Below are positions 49,903-58,678 of a stretch of DNA of 64,000 bases, piece by piece. Within the stretch, counting starts at the first letter, position 1. Every line of letters starts with the position of its first letter. A program made the translations under genes and the position numbers. Source of the stretch: Propionibacteriaceae bacterium (GTDB lineage Bacteria; Actinomycetota; Actinomycetes; Propionibacteriales; Propionibacteriaceae); assembly GCA_050996715.1 (NCBI GenBank), contig JBPCRP010000025.1, positions 8,032 through 72,031 on the forward strand, in the 5' to 3' direction. The notes under the pieces were generated by a model. It saw only the letters and a list, made by a program, of their open reading frames with translations, made no database searches and was not told the origin of the DNA.

Positions 49903-50044
49903 AGTTCTCCAGAGGGGCGCGCCGCAGACGGCGACGACCCCGGGTTGAGGACATATGGAGCGCGGGCCGATCCTTGACCGAGGCCCGCGAGATCACAAAA
50001 GCATAACGGCGGAGTGTCGCTCTGCCCAATTGCGCAAACGGCGG

Positions 50045-50656
50045 CTATAACCAGTGACCGCGGTGGATCAGTTCGGCCGCGGGACGGCGTGGCCGTCGGG
50101 CCGGCGAACCGGGCGTACCGCTGGAGCCCACCGGACGTCCCACGGCAACCACGCCGACGCTCTGCCGGTCGCTCGGCACCCCGAACGCGGCGCGGACGGC
50201 GTCCTGCCGGTCCACCGGCACCCCGAAGAAGCAGCCGCCGAGCTCCGCGTCCACGGCGCTGAGCAGCAGGGCGAGCGACGCCATCCCTGCGTCGACCCAC
50301 CAGTACGGCGCCGACCAGCGGTCGGGGTCGCGGTCGGTCCAGCCCTTGTCGGGCTCGGCGTACCGGTCGAGGTAGGCCTGCTCACTGGTCCAGACCAGGA
50401 TCAGCAGCGGCGCCGTCTGCATCCCGTCCAGCCAGCGGCTCGTCGCGCGCGCGGCGCCCGGGGCGGTGGCGGACCAGAAGCGGTCGCGGTCCTCGGGGCG
50501 GTCGAGCACCAGGAACGCCACGCCCTGGGTGAACCCGGCCGACGGCGTCCGGCGGGCGGCGGCGAGCAGGCTCTCGATGATCTCCGGCGGTACGGCGACG
50601 TCCGGGTCGAAGCGGCGCACCATCCGCCGCCGGGCGAGGACGTCAGCGAGCTCCAT
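50045..50656 (-). CDS. nitroreductase family protein
   Basis: RRMVRRFDPD...RTPSAGFTQG pattern. 203 aa. The last sense codon is TTA. Confidence 0.75.
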   Translation of the reverse strand: MELADVLARRRMVRRFDPDVAVPPEIIESLLAAARRTPSAGFTQGVAFLVLDRPEDRDRFWSATAPGAARATSRWLDGMQTAPLLILVWTSEQAYLDRYAEPDKGWTDRDPDRWSAPYWWVDAGMASLALLLSAVDAELGGCFFGVPVDRQDAVRAAFGVPSDRQSVGVVAVGRPVGSSGTPGSPARRPRRPAAELIHRGHWL

Positions 50657-51548
50657 CGGTCGCCTCGGTCGGGCACTGCTCCCAGGCCCCGCCGAACGCG
50701 GCGTCGGTGTTGGCGGCGATCGCCGTACACAGGTCCGCGAGGTCGTCCCCGCGGACCTCGGCCATCGCCCGGACCGTGTGCGGGACCAGGTAGGAGGCGT
50801 TCGGCCGGCCGCGGAACGGCGTCGGGGTCAGGTAGGGCGCGTCGGTCTCGACCAGAATCTGGTTCCGCGGGGCGATGGCCAGCGCGTCTCGGAGGGGCTG
50901 GGCGTTGCCGAAGGTGACGGTGCCGGCGAAGGACAGGTAGGCCCCGCGGTCCAGGCACGCCCGGGCGAAGTCGGCGTCGCCGGAGAAGCAGTGCATGACC
51001 ACCCGCTCCGGCACCCCTTCCGCGTCGAGCACGTCGAGGATGTCGGCGTGGGCGTCGCGGTCGTGGATGACCAGCGTGCGGCCGTACGCGTGGGCGAGGG
51101 CGATGTGCGCGGCGAACGACTCCCGCTGCCGAGCGATTCCGGCCTCGTCGCGGGTCCGGAACCGGTCCATCCCGGTCTCACCGACGGCCCGGACATGGGG
51201 GTGGGCGGCGAGCGCCTCGATCGCGGCGAGGGCGGCCGGGAGGTCGGTACCCGGCTGCGCGGCGTCATTCGGATGCACCGCCACGGCGGCCACCACGCTC
51301 GGGAACCGCTCCGCCGCCGCCACCGCCCAGCGGGAGCTCGCCACATCGCACCCGACCTGGACGATCCGGGTGACGCCGACCGCTGCCGCCTCGGCGATCG
51401 CGAGCTCGGGGGGCAGATCGGTCCGGCCGTCGGCCACATCGAGGTGGCAGTGGTTGTCCACCACCGCCACGGGAAGGGGCTCGGGACGGGGCGGCCGCTC
51501 CAGGTTCCGCCGCTGCCCCTGCTCGCTCACCTCGGCCCGCCGATCCAC
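50643..51548 (-). CDS. tatD: TatD family metal-dependent hydrolase
   Basis: VDNHCHLD and further His/Asp metal-ligand motifs. Position upstream of rpfB, as Rv1008 is. Confidence 0.85.
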   Translation of the reverse strand: MDRRAEVSEQGQRRNLERPPRPEPLPVAVVDNHCHLDVADGRTDLPPELAIAEAAAVGVTRIVQVGCDVASSRWAVAAAERFPSVVAAVAVHPNDAAQPGTDLPAALAAIEALAAHPHVRAVGETGMDRFRTRDEAGIARQRESFAAHIALAHAYGRTLVIHDRDAHADILDVLDAEGVPERVVMHCFSGDADFARACLDRGAYLSFAGTVTFGNAQPLRDALAIAPRNQILVETDAPYLTPTPFRGRPNASYLVPHTVRAMAEVRGDDLADLCTAIAANTDAAFGGAWEQCPTEATDGAR

Positions 51549-51563
51549 CCGGCCACCCTAAGC

Positions 51564-51627
51564 CGCCATTTTGTGCACAATGACCCCGACCAGGCGGGCC
51601 GATGGGGTCATTGTGTTCAAAATGGCG
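51564..51627. repeat. intergenic hairpin repeat, family 3, copy 2
   Basis: CGCCATTTTGTGCACAATGACCCC-GACCAGGCGGGCCGAT-GGGGTCATTGTGTTCAAAATGGCG (24-bp arms, 1 mismatch). Confidence 0.9.
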
Positions 51628-51629
51628 GG

Positions 51630-52547
51630 TCAGGGGGTACGGCGGGCGGCCAGGGCGGCGTCGTAGAGGGCGTTCTTGGCCAGGCCGGTCTCGGCAGCGA
51701 CGGCGGCGACGGCGGGTTTGAGCTTCTCGCCCGCCGCGACCCGTTCGGCGACCTGGGCCACCGCAGCAGGCAGGTCCACCACCGGCGGCGCGGCGCCGGC
51801 CACGACCAGCGTCACCTCGCCCCGGACGCCGTCGGCGGCCCACCCGGCCAGCGCCGCCACCCCGCCCCGCCGGACCTCCTCGTAGGTCTTGGTCAGCTCC
51901 CGACACACCGCCCCGGCCCGCTCGGGCCCGAACGCCTCGGCCATCGCCGTCAACGTCTCGGCGGTCCGGTGGGGGGCCTCGAAGAAGATCATCGTGCGCG
52001 GCTCGGCGGCCAGCTCGGCCAGCCGGCGGGACCGCTCACCGGGCTTCCGGGGCAGGAAACCCTCGAAGCAGAACCGGTCCGACGGCAGCCCTGAGACGGC
52101 CAGGGCGGTCAGCACCGCCGACGGCCCCGGTACGGCGGTGACCGCCACCTCGGCCGCCACGGCCGCGGCGACCAACCGGTAGCCCGGGTCCGACACGCTG
52201 GGCATGCCGGCGTCGGTGACCAGGACCACCGTCGCCCCACCCCGGAGCTCGGCCAGCAGGGTCTCGGTCCGGGCGGCCTCGTTGCCCTCGAAGTAGGACA
52301 CGACGCGGCCGGCCGGGGCGGGTGCTCCCATCCGCTGCAGCAGTCCGTGCAGCCGCCGGGTGTCCTCCGCGGCGACCACGTCGGCCGACGCCAGGGCGGC
52401 CAGCAGCCGCGGCGACGCGTCGGTCACGTCCCCGATCGGCGTCCCCGCCAGCACCAGCCGGCCCGCCCCCGACTCAGCCCTCGGCCCCGCCCCCGACCCA
52501 GCCCCCGACCCGGCCCCCGGCCGGTCACCGCCATCCCCGCGCTCCAC
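51630..52547 (-). CDS. rsmI: 16S rRNA (cytidine1402-2'-O)-methyltransferase
   Basis: LVLAGTPIGDVTDASPRLLAALASADVVAAEDTR and tetrapyrrole-methylase-fold motifs. The N-terminal Gly/Ser-rich extension is uncertain. Confidence 0.85.
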   Translation of the reverse strand: MERGDGGDRPGAGSGAGSGAGPRAESGAGRLVLAGTPIGDVTDASPRLLAALASADVVAAEDTRRLHGLLQRMGAPAPAGRVVSYFEGNEAARTETLLAELRGGATVVLVTDAGMPSVSDPGYRLVAAAVAAEVAVTAVPGPSAVLTALAVSGLPSDRFCFEGFLPRKPGERSRRLAELAAEPRTMIFFEAPHRTAETLTAMAEAFGPERAGAVCRELTKTYEEVRRGGVAALAGWAADGVRGEVTLVVAGAAPPVVDLPAAVAQVAERVAAGEKLKPAVAAVAAETGLAKNALYDAALAARRTP

Positions 52548-52595
52548 GCCGTCACCGTCTCACGCGGCGCCCCGCACCGAGGTCGGAGACCTACC

Positions 52596-54248
52596 ATGGG
52601 CGCCGTGACGAGCGACGTGCTGATCGACCCAGCCGCGCCCCCGACCCTGCCGGCCGCACCCCCCGCCCTGCCGCCGGGCCCGCCACAGCGTTGGCGCCCG
52701 GCCAGCACCATCGACCGCCTGCGGGTCCCGATGCCCACCGACCGGATCACCGGTTGGGTTGTCACCGCAGTGATCACCGCGATCGCCTTCGCGATTCGGC
52801 TGCCGCGACTCGCGGTCCCCAACAAGCTGGTCTTCGACGAGACCTACTACGCCAAGGACGCCTACTCGCTGCTCCGTTTCGGTTACGAGCGCTCCTGGCC
52901 CCAAGACGCCAACGACCAGGTCACCGCCGGCCACGTCGACGTGATGAACAGCGGGTCCGCCTTCATCGTGCATCCGCCGGTCGGCAAGTGGTTGATCGCC
53001 GGCGGCGAGCAGATCTTCGGGATGAACTCGTTCGGCTGGCGCTTCGCCTCGCTGGTCTTCGGCTCCCTGTTGATCTTCGTGCTGATCCGACTCGTCCGCC
53101 GGGTGTCCCGCTCGACCCTGATCGGCGGGCTCGCCGGCCTGCTGCTCACCTTCGACGGGTTGCACTTCGTGATGTCCCGCACCGCGCTGCTGGACATCTT
53201 CCTGGCCTTCTTCCTGGTGGCCGGGGTCTCGTGTTTGGCCGCGGATCGGGACTGGTTCCGGGAGCGGTTGGCGCGTCACCTGGAACGCCACCAGCTGACC
53301 GATCTCGGGGGCCGGTTCGGACCGGCGCTGATCATCCGCCCGTGGCGGATCGCCGCCGGACTCTGCTTCGGGCTGGCCCTGGGCACCAAGTGGAACACCC
53401 TTTACGTGCTCGCCGCCTTCGCGCTGCTGTCGCTGGCCTGGGACCTCGGGGCCCGCCGGCTGGCCGGAGCCGGCTGGCGGTCGTCGCTGGCGCTGCTCCG
53501 CGACGGTGCCCCGGCGTTCGTGTCCTTGATCGTGCTCAGCGTCGGGGTCTACGTCGCCACCTGGGGCGGCTGGTTCGCGACCTCCGGCGGGTACGACCGG
53601 CACTGGGGGGCCGAGCACCCCGGCGCCCGCACGATCACGATGTTCGGGGACAGCTTGGCCTCCTTCCTGCACTACCAGAAGGAGATCTACGCCTTCCACA
53701 CCGGCGACTACATCAACCACGCGACCCATACCTACGCCGCCGACCCGTGGGGGTGGCTGATCATCGCGCGGCCGATCGGGATCGACGCGGTCAACGACAT
53801 CCAGCCCGGTACGGCGGGGTGCCCCGGCCCCGACACCTGCCTGCAGGTGATCAGTGGGATCGGGACGCCGGCCCTGTGGTGGGCGGCGGTGATCGCGATC
53901 GTGGCGGCGGTCGTGCTCTGGGTCGGCCGCCGCGACTGGCGGTTCGGCATCCCCGTGGTCGGGGTGCTGAGCGGCTGGCTGCCGTGGTTCGCCTACGACA
54001 CCCGGCCGCTGTTCTTCTTCTACGCCATCGCGATCATCCCCTTCTCGGTGATGGCGGTGGCCCTGGGCCTGGGCTACCTCGCCGGGCCGGCCGACGGCAG
54101 CAACCGCCGCCTCGTCGGCTGCGTCGTGGCCGGGGCCTTCCTGGCGATCGTGGCGGCCAACTTCGCCTACTTCTATCCGATCCTCACCGACGAGACGTTG
54201 CTGCGCTCGCAGTGGCTCTCCCGGATGTGGTTCCGGGTCTGGATCTGA
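52596..54248 (+). CDS. pmt: dolichyl/polyprenyl-phosphate-mannose protein mannosyltransferase
   Basis: FDETYYAKDAYSLL, multiple TM helices and a PMT_2-like pattern. ATG 52596. Confidence 0.85.
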   Translation: MGAVTSDVLIDPAAPPTLPAAPPALPPGPPQRWRPASTIDRLRVPMPTDRITGWVVTAVITAIAFAIRLPRLAVPNKLVFDETYYAKDAYSLLRFGYERSWPQDANDQVTAGHVDVMNSGSAFIVHPPVGKWLIAGGEQIFGMNSFGWRFASLVFGSLLIFVLIRLVRRVSRSTLIGGLAGLLLTFDGLHFVMSRTALLDIFLAFFLVAGVSCLAADRDWFRERLARHLERHQLTDLGGRFGPALIIRPWRIAAGLCFGLALGTKWNTLYVLAAFALLSLAWDLGARRLAGAGWRSSLALLRDGAPAFVSLIVLSVGVYVATWGGWFATSGGYDRHWGAEHPGARTITMFGDSLASFLHYQKEIYAFHTGDYINHATHTYAADPWGWLIIARPIGIDAVNDIQPGTAGCPGPDTCLQVISGIGTPALWWAAVIAIVAAVVLWVGRRDWRFGIPVVGVLSGWLPWFAYDTRPLFFFYAIAIIPFSVMAVALGLGYLAGPADGSNRRLVGCVVAGAFLAIVAANFAYFYPILTDETLLRSQWLSRMWFRVWI

Positions 54249-56065
54249 TGCGCATCCTCCGCCTGCGGGCCCTTCGTGCCTCCCGAGCCCTCCGTACCTC
54301 CCGAGCCCTCCGTGCCTCCCAAGCCCTCCGGTCCCCTCGAGCCCTCCGGTCCCCTCGGCCTCCTCGACCCTCTCCGCCCCCTCGGCGACGCCGGGGTCGG
54401 CGGGGTCGGCGGGCCGCTCCCGTGCTGATCGCCCTGCTGCTCGTCGGTGCGGCCGGCTGCACCGGCGGCGGGAGCGACGCGCCCAGCCCCACCCCGACCG
54501 TCGGCGTACCGCAGCGCGACATCAACGCCCACGACCGCGCCGACCTGCAGCACGGCGGCACCTTGCGGCAGCCCGTCGCGACGATCGCCGGAACGTGGAA
54601 CCCGCTGAGCACCGACGGGGATTCCGCCGATCTCGACACGATCCGCGAGCCCTTGCTGCCGCACTTCTTCAGCTACGACGCGGCGGGGGTCCCGACGCCT
54701 GACCCCGACTACCTCGTGTCGGCGACGCAGACGGCCGCGAGCCCGACCACGGTCGCCTACGTGCTGAATCCCGCCGCGGTCTGGGGTGACGGTTCGCCGG
54801 TCGACGGCGACGACATGATCGCCACCTGGCGGGCGTGCAACGGCACCGACCGCGGCTTCCGGTGTGCCCGGACCGCGGAGTTCAGCCAGATCGCGTCGGT
54901 GACCACGGCCGCCGACAAGTTCCACGTCACCGTCACGTTCAAGGGCGTCTACCCCGATTGGACCGAGGTCTTCGACAGCCCCGGCGTGCTCAAGGCCGAG
55001 AGCGTGGCCGACGCCACCACGTTCAACACGGGGTGGCGGAGCATCCACAACGACTGGTTAGCCGGCCCGTTCCGCTTTGACCAGTACGACGCCGGTGCCA
55101 AGATCCTGACCGAGGTGCCCAACCAGCGCTGGTGGGGCGACCCGCCGCTGCTGGACCAGCTGCTCTTCCGCGCCATCGCTCCGGCCGACCAGGCCGCCGC
55201 CTACACCGATCACCAGCTCGACGCGTACCGGATCGACCCGACGACCTACGCCCAGGTCGCCAAGCTGCCCGGCACCACCATCCGGCAGGCGCCGGGCGAG
55301 GTGGTCCGGGAGCTGCTGGTCAACACCGGATCGGGGGTGCTGGCCGACGGGATCGTCCGGCAGGCCGTGGCCCGCTCGATCGACCGGGGTGCCCTGGGTG
55401 CCACCGACCTGCAGGGCACGGGCTGGACGATCAGCCCACTCGGCAACCACGTCTTCCTGCCCGGCCAGCCGGGGTACGCCGACAATGCGGCCGCCGGCGG
55501 GATCACCTTTGACCCCGACCGGGCCCAGGCCGACCTGGACGCCGCCGGCTGGGTCCGCGGCGCCGATGGCGTTCGGGCCAAGGGCGCGGCGGTGCTGCAG
55601 CTCACCATCCTGCAGTCCGACGACGATCCGGCGGCCGCGAGGGAGGCCCGGCTGCTCGCGACCCAGCTCGACGCCGTGGGGGTCAAGGCCGAGGTGGTCT
55701 CGGTGGCCGCCGACAAGGTCGCGGCACGGCTGCAGACGCACGCGTTCCAGATCGCCGCGGTCAGTCGGACGGTGAGCCGTTCGCCGTACGACTCCCTGGC
55801 CGTCTACGTCAGTGGCGCCGCCGCCAACCGCACCCAGCTGAAGCTGCCCGAGCTCGACACTTTGGTGGCCCAGGTGGCCACCCAGTCCGACCCCGCCCAG
55901 CGGGCCGCGGCCGCCAACCGGGCCGACGTGTTGCTGTGGTCCGCGGCCGCCTCGCTCCCCCTCTACCAACGCCCCGACTTCGTGGCCACGGTGCCGACCG
56001 TGGCCAACTTCGGCGCGTTCGGGCTCAGCACCATCTCCTACGAGGACGTCGGCTACCTCCGCTGA
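54248..56065 (+). CDS. ABC transporter substrate-binding lipoprotein (family 5, peptide/nickel type) with repeat-containing N-terminus
   Basis: Lipobox LLVGAAGC, then an SBP_bac_5-like body. The ATG overlaps the pmt stop (TGATG). The true start may be downstream of the 18-bp repeats. Confidence 0.75.
   Translation: MRILRLRALRASRALRTSRALRASQALRSPRALRSPRPPRPSPPPRRRRGRRGRRAAPVLIALLLVGAAGCTGGGSDAPSPTPTVGVPQRDINAHDRADLQHGGTLRQPVATIAGTWNPLSTDGDSADLDTIREPLLPHFFSYDAAGVPTPDPDYLVSATQTAASPTTVAYVLNPAAVWGDGSPVDGDDMIATWRACNGTDRGFRCARTAEFSQIASVTTAADKFHVTVTFKGVYPDWTEVFDSPGVLKAESVADATTFNTGWRSIHNDWLAGPFRFDQYDAGAKILTEVPNQRWWGDPPLLDQLLFRAIAPADQAAAYTDHQLDAYRIDPTTYAQVAKLPGTTIRQAPGEVVRELLVNTGSGVLADGIVRQAVARSIDRGALGATDLQGTGWTISPLGNHVFLPGQPGYADNAAAGGITFDPDRAQADLDAAGWVRGADGVRAKGAAVLQLTILQSDDDPAAAREARLLATQLDAVGVKAEVVSVAADKVAARLQTHAFQIAAVSRTVSRSPYDSLAVYVSGAAANRTQLKLPELDTLVAQVATQSDPAQRAAAANRADVLLWSAAASLPLYQRPDFVATVPTVANFGAFGLSTISYEDVGYLR
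54269..54358 (+). repeat. 18-bp tandem repeat x5 encoding ([SP]RALR[AST])n
   Basis: GCCCT(T/C)CG(T/G)(G/A/T)CC(T/C)C(C/T)C(G/A)(A/G) units. In frame with the SBP ORF, upstream of its signal-peptide hydrophobic core. Confidence 0.9.
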
Positions 56066-56173
56066 TCCCTGCGCAGGCAGTGCTGGCCGTGCTCTCGCCG
56101 CGTCCTGAACCCTGGGTCGCGGGTTCGACCGCCGGGTACGGCGTGGTGCGCCAGGGACGGCGTCGCGGCCGGC

Positions 56174-57346
56174 TCACCGTGCCGGTCGCCAGGCCAGCCC
56201 GGTCAGCCGCACCGAGAGCTCCGGGGTGCGCACCTGCTGGGTGGCGCTGTCGTAGAGCACCAGCCTCCCGTCCTGCAGCACCGCCAGCCACCGGGACGTG
56301 AGCCAGACGGCGAACTGCGGCGACGAGCCGTACCCGTCGGGGGGGTCGGTGAAGCTGTGCACGACCTTGCCGTCGCTGAGCCGGGCCACCCGGGACGTGG
56401 TCGCACCGTCGACGCGGTGCAGCACCGACACGGCGAAACGGCCGTCGGGGGAGATGAGCCCGACCGACTCGAACACCGGCTGGGCCCGTCCGAGCCGGCG
56501 GCGTTCCCCGGTCGAGCGGAGGTAGATCTCGTCCCAGCACCGGTGGGCGTCGTCGCACTCGGTGAGTCGGTAGTGCCGTGGACCCACCGCGGTGACGACG
56601 CCGATGGTGATCCGTCGCAGCGGCCCCGGGTAGGCCTGCCACATCCCGCCCACGTCGGAGAGCAGCAGGCCGCCGCGGCCGTCGGGGCCGAACGACCCGG
56701 TGGCGGTGACCGTCGGGCCGACCACCTGCCCGCGGCCGTCCACCAGGCGCATGGTCTCCCGCTCGCCGTAGGTACCGACCCAGACGTGCCCGTCAGGCCC
56801 CGGAAGCACCGCATCACTGGACCTCAGCAGGCCCGTCAGTGCCGCGGGGCCCCTCCCGACGCGGACGATGACCCCCGGTACCGCGTCCAGGGAACGAAGC
56901 ACCAGGCCGTCGGCCGTGGGCGCCAGCTCCACCGGCGCGGTGCTGCCGAGCTCGACGCCGTCGGTCCGCCGGACGTCCCCGCTGGCCACGTCAATCGCGA
57001 ACAGGGTGCTCGACCCGTAGGCGTAGAGAACCCCGAGGTCCAGTCCCGGAGCCAACGGCCCGGAACCGCGCGTCACCACCGGCCGGGTCGCCGACCCCGT
57101 CGGGCCCGGGGTGGCGGAGACGGTCGGCGAGACGGACCACGTCGGCCGCTGGACCGGGGGCGACGGAGACGGCGGGGGCATCACCGAGGGATCGTCGCGA
57201 TGAGCAGTGAGCGAGAAGCCGACCAGGACCAGGACCACCACACCGAGGAGCCCCAGCAGCAGGCCGCGTCGACCCGGCGACGGCGGCGGCCCGGAGTCGA
57301 GCAGCTCGGGGCCACCCGGTGCGTCCCCGCCCCGACCCTCCAGCAC
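56174..57346 (-). CDS. membrane-anchored hypothetical protein (possibly beta-propeller-like ectodomain)
   Basis: N-terminal TM helix LLLGLLGVVVLVLVGF, a Pro/Ser linker, then repeated beta-rich segments. No family was recognised. Confidence 0.5.
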   Translation of the reverse strand: MLEGRGGDAPGGPELLDSGPPPSPGRRGLLLGLLGVVVLVLVGFSLTAHRDDPSVMPPPSPSPPVQRPTWSVSPTVSATPGPTGSATRPVVTRGSGPLAPGLDLGVLYAYGSSTLFAIDVASGDVRRTDGVELGSTAPVELAPTADGLVLRSLDAVPGVIVRVGRGPAALTGLLRSSDAVLPGPDGHVWVGTYGERETMRLVDGRGQVVGPTVTATGSFGPDGRGGLLLSDVGGMWQAYPGPLRRITIGVVTAVGPRHYRLTECDDAHRCWDEIYLRSTGERRRLGRAQPVFESVGLISPDGRFAVSVLHRVDGATTSRVARLSDGKVVHSFTDPPDGYGSSPQFAVWLTSRWLAVLQDGRLVLYDSATQQVRTPELSVRLTGLAWRPAR

Positions 57347-57451
57347 CCGCCCAGTATGGGTCGCCGGACGTCGCTGCGCGGTGTCGACCAGCGGCTCCAG
57401 GGACTCGCTCCGGAGGATCTCCCGCCGCGTCTGGTCCCAGGATCCGCGTCG

Positions 57452-57811
57452 CTACGGTCGCTGCAGGGGCTCCAGGAGGGCCGCGGCCAGGTGCTCGGGC
57501 GCGCCGGGAACCAGCCGGTAGTAGGCCCACTTGCCGCGCTGCTCGCGGGTGAGCAGCCCGGTGTCCACCAGGAGCTTCATGTGGTGGGAGACGGTCGGCT
57601 GGGACAGTCCGACCGGGCCGGTCAGGTCGCAGATGCACGCCTCACCGTCGACGCTTCGGGCCACCAGGGACAGCAGCCGCAGCCGGGCCGGATCGGCGAC
57701 CGCCTTCAACCGCGCGGCGAGCTGCTCGGCTTCGGACACGTCGAGCGCCGCCGGGATCCCGGCACCGCAACACGCCAGGTCGAGCACCGTCAGCTCGCGC
57801 GTGGTCGTCAT
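57452..57811 (-). CDS. arsR: ArsR/SmtB family metalloregulator
   Basis: LADPARLRLLSLV...ACICDL...LSQPTVSHHMKLLVDTGLL. 119 aa from ATG 57811. Confidence 0.85.
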   Translation of the reverse strand: MTTTRELTVLDLACCGAGIPAALDVSEAEQLAARLKAVADPARLRLLSLVARSVDGEACICDLTGPVGLSQPTVSHHMKLLVDTGLLTREQRGKWAYYRLVPGAPEHLAAALLEPLQRP

Positions 57812-57842
57812 GCACCGAGTCTGCCACACCGATTGACAGTCG

Positions 57843-57873
57843 TCGATGCGTAAGGCATGCTCGGTCGCATCGA
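57843..57873. promoter_or_regulatory. candidate ArsR operator in the divergent arsR/arsM promoter
   Basis: TCGATGCG-N15-CGCATCGA inverted repeat with a central GCATGC. TTGACA lies at 57833-57838. Confidence 0.45.
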
Positions 57874-57898
57874 TAGGCGTCAATAGAAGGGGAGCCGA

Positions 57899-58678
57899 GT
57901 GATGGCCACGGTCAAAGAGATCCAGGAGCAGGTGCGGACCCGCTATGCGGCCGCGGCGGTGGCGGTCAGCCATGGACTGGTCGGCCAGGGGTCCGCGTCG
58001 TGCTGCGGTCCGGTGGCGGACGCGTTCGACCAGGACGGTCAGGTGTTCGGCGCGGGTCGCTACGCCGACGCCGACACCGGCGAGCTGCCGGACGCGGCCG
58101 TGCTGGCCAGCCTGGGGTGCGGCAATCCTGTCGAGGTCGCTGACCTCCGCGCAGGCGAGCGGGTGCTCGACCTCGGCTCCGGTGGTGGCATTGACGTGCT
58201 GCTGTCCGCCCGGCGGGTCGGTCCGACCGGTTACGCCTACGGGGTCGACATGACCCCGGAGATGCTCGAGCTGGCCCGCGCGAACGCCGCGAGGGCCGGC
58301 GCCACCAACGTCGAGTTCGTGCACGGCCAGATCGAGGACCTGCCGCTGCCCGACGCCGCGGTGGACGTGGTGATCTCCAACTGTGTGGTCAACCTGTCCG
58401 GCGACAAGGCGCGGGTGCTGGCCGAGATCTTCCGGGTGCTGGCCCCGGGCGGACGGATCGGGATCTCCGACGTGGTCGCCGAGGACCAGCTGACCGTGGC
58501 TGACCGGGCCGCCCGGGGGTCGTTCTCCGGCTGCATCGCCGGCGCCCTGTCGAGACAGGAGTACCTCGACGGTCTCGCCGCCGCCGGGTTCATCGACGCG
58601 TCGGTCAGGTTCACCCACGAGGCCGAGCCGCAGATGCACGCCGCGATCATCCAAGCCACCAAACCTGCGGGTGAGTGA
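57899..58678 (+). CDS. arsM: arsenite S-adenosylmethionine methyltransferase
   Basis: SCCG...LGCGNP...VLDLGSGGGIDV...SNCVVNL...GC pattern of ArsM with conserved Cys residues. Confidence 0.85.
   Translation: MMATVKEIQEQVRTRYAAAAVAVSHGLVGQGSASCCGPVADAFDQDGQVFGAGRYADADTGELPDAAVLASLGCGNPVEVADLRAGERVLDLGSGGGIDVLLSARRVGPTGYAYGVDMTPEMLELARANAARAGATNVEFVHGQIEDLPLPDAAVDVVISNCVVNLSGDKARVLAEIFRVLAPGGRIGISDVVAEDQLTVADRAARGSFSGCIAGALSRQEYLDGLAAAGFIDASVRFTHEAEPQMHAAIIQATKPAGE

Noticed and set aside
52322-54247. N-terminal 640 aa of the 1247-aa ORF 52322..56065
   Set aside because: This stretch is an alternative frame over the pmt gene, with a Pro/Arg-rich translation. Only the part from ATG 54248 (lipobox plus SBP body) looks real.
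56100-56160. tRNA-like GGTTCGA motif, or another hairpin-repeat copy
   Set aside because: No cloverleaf can be drawn around GGGTTCGACC. CCCTGG...CCAGGG arms with an ACGGCGTGGTG core resemble the repeat superfamily only weakly. This was noted but not called.
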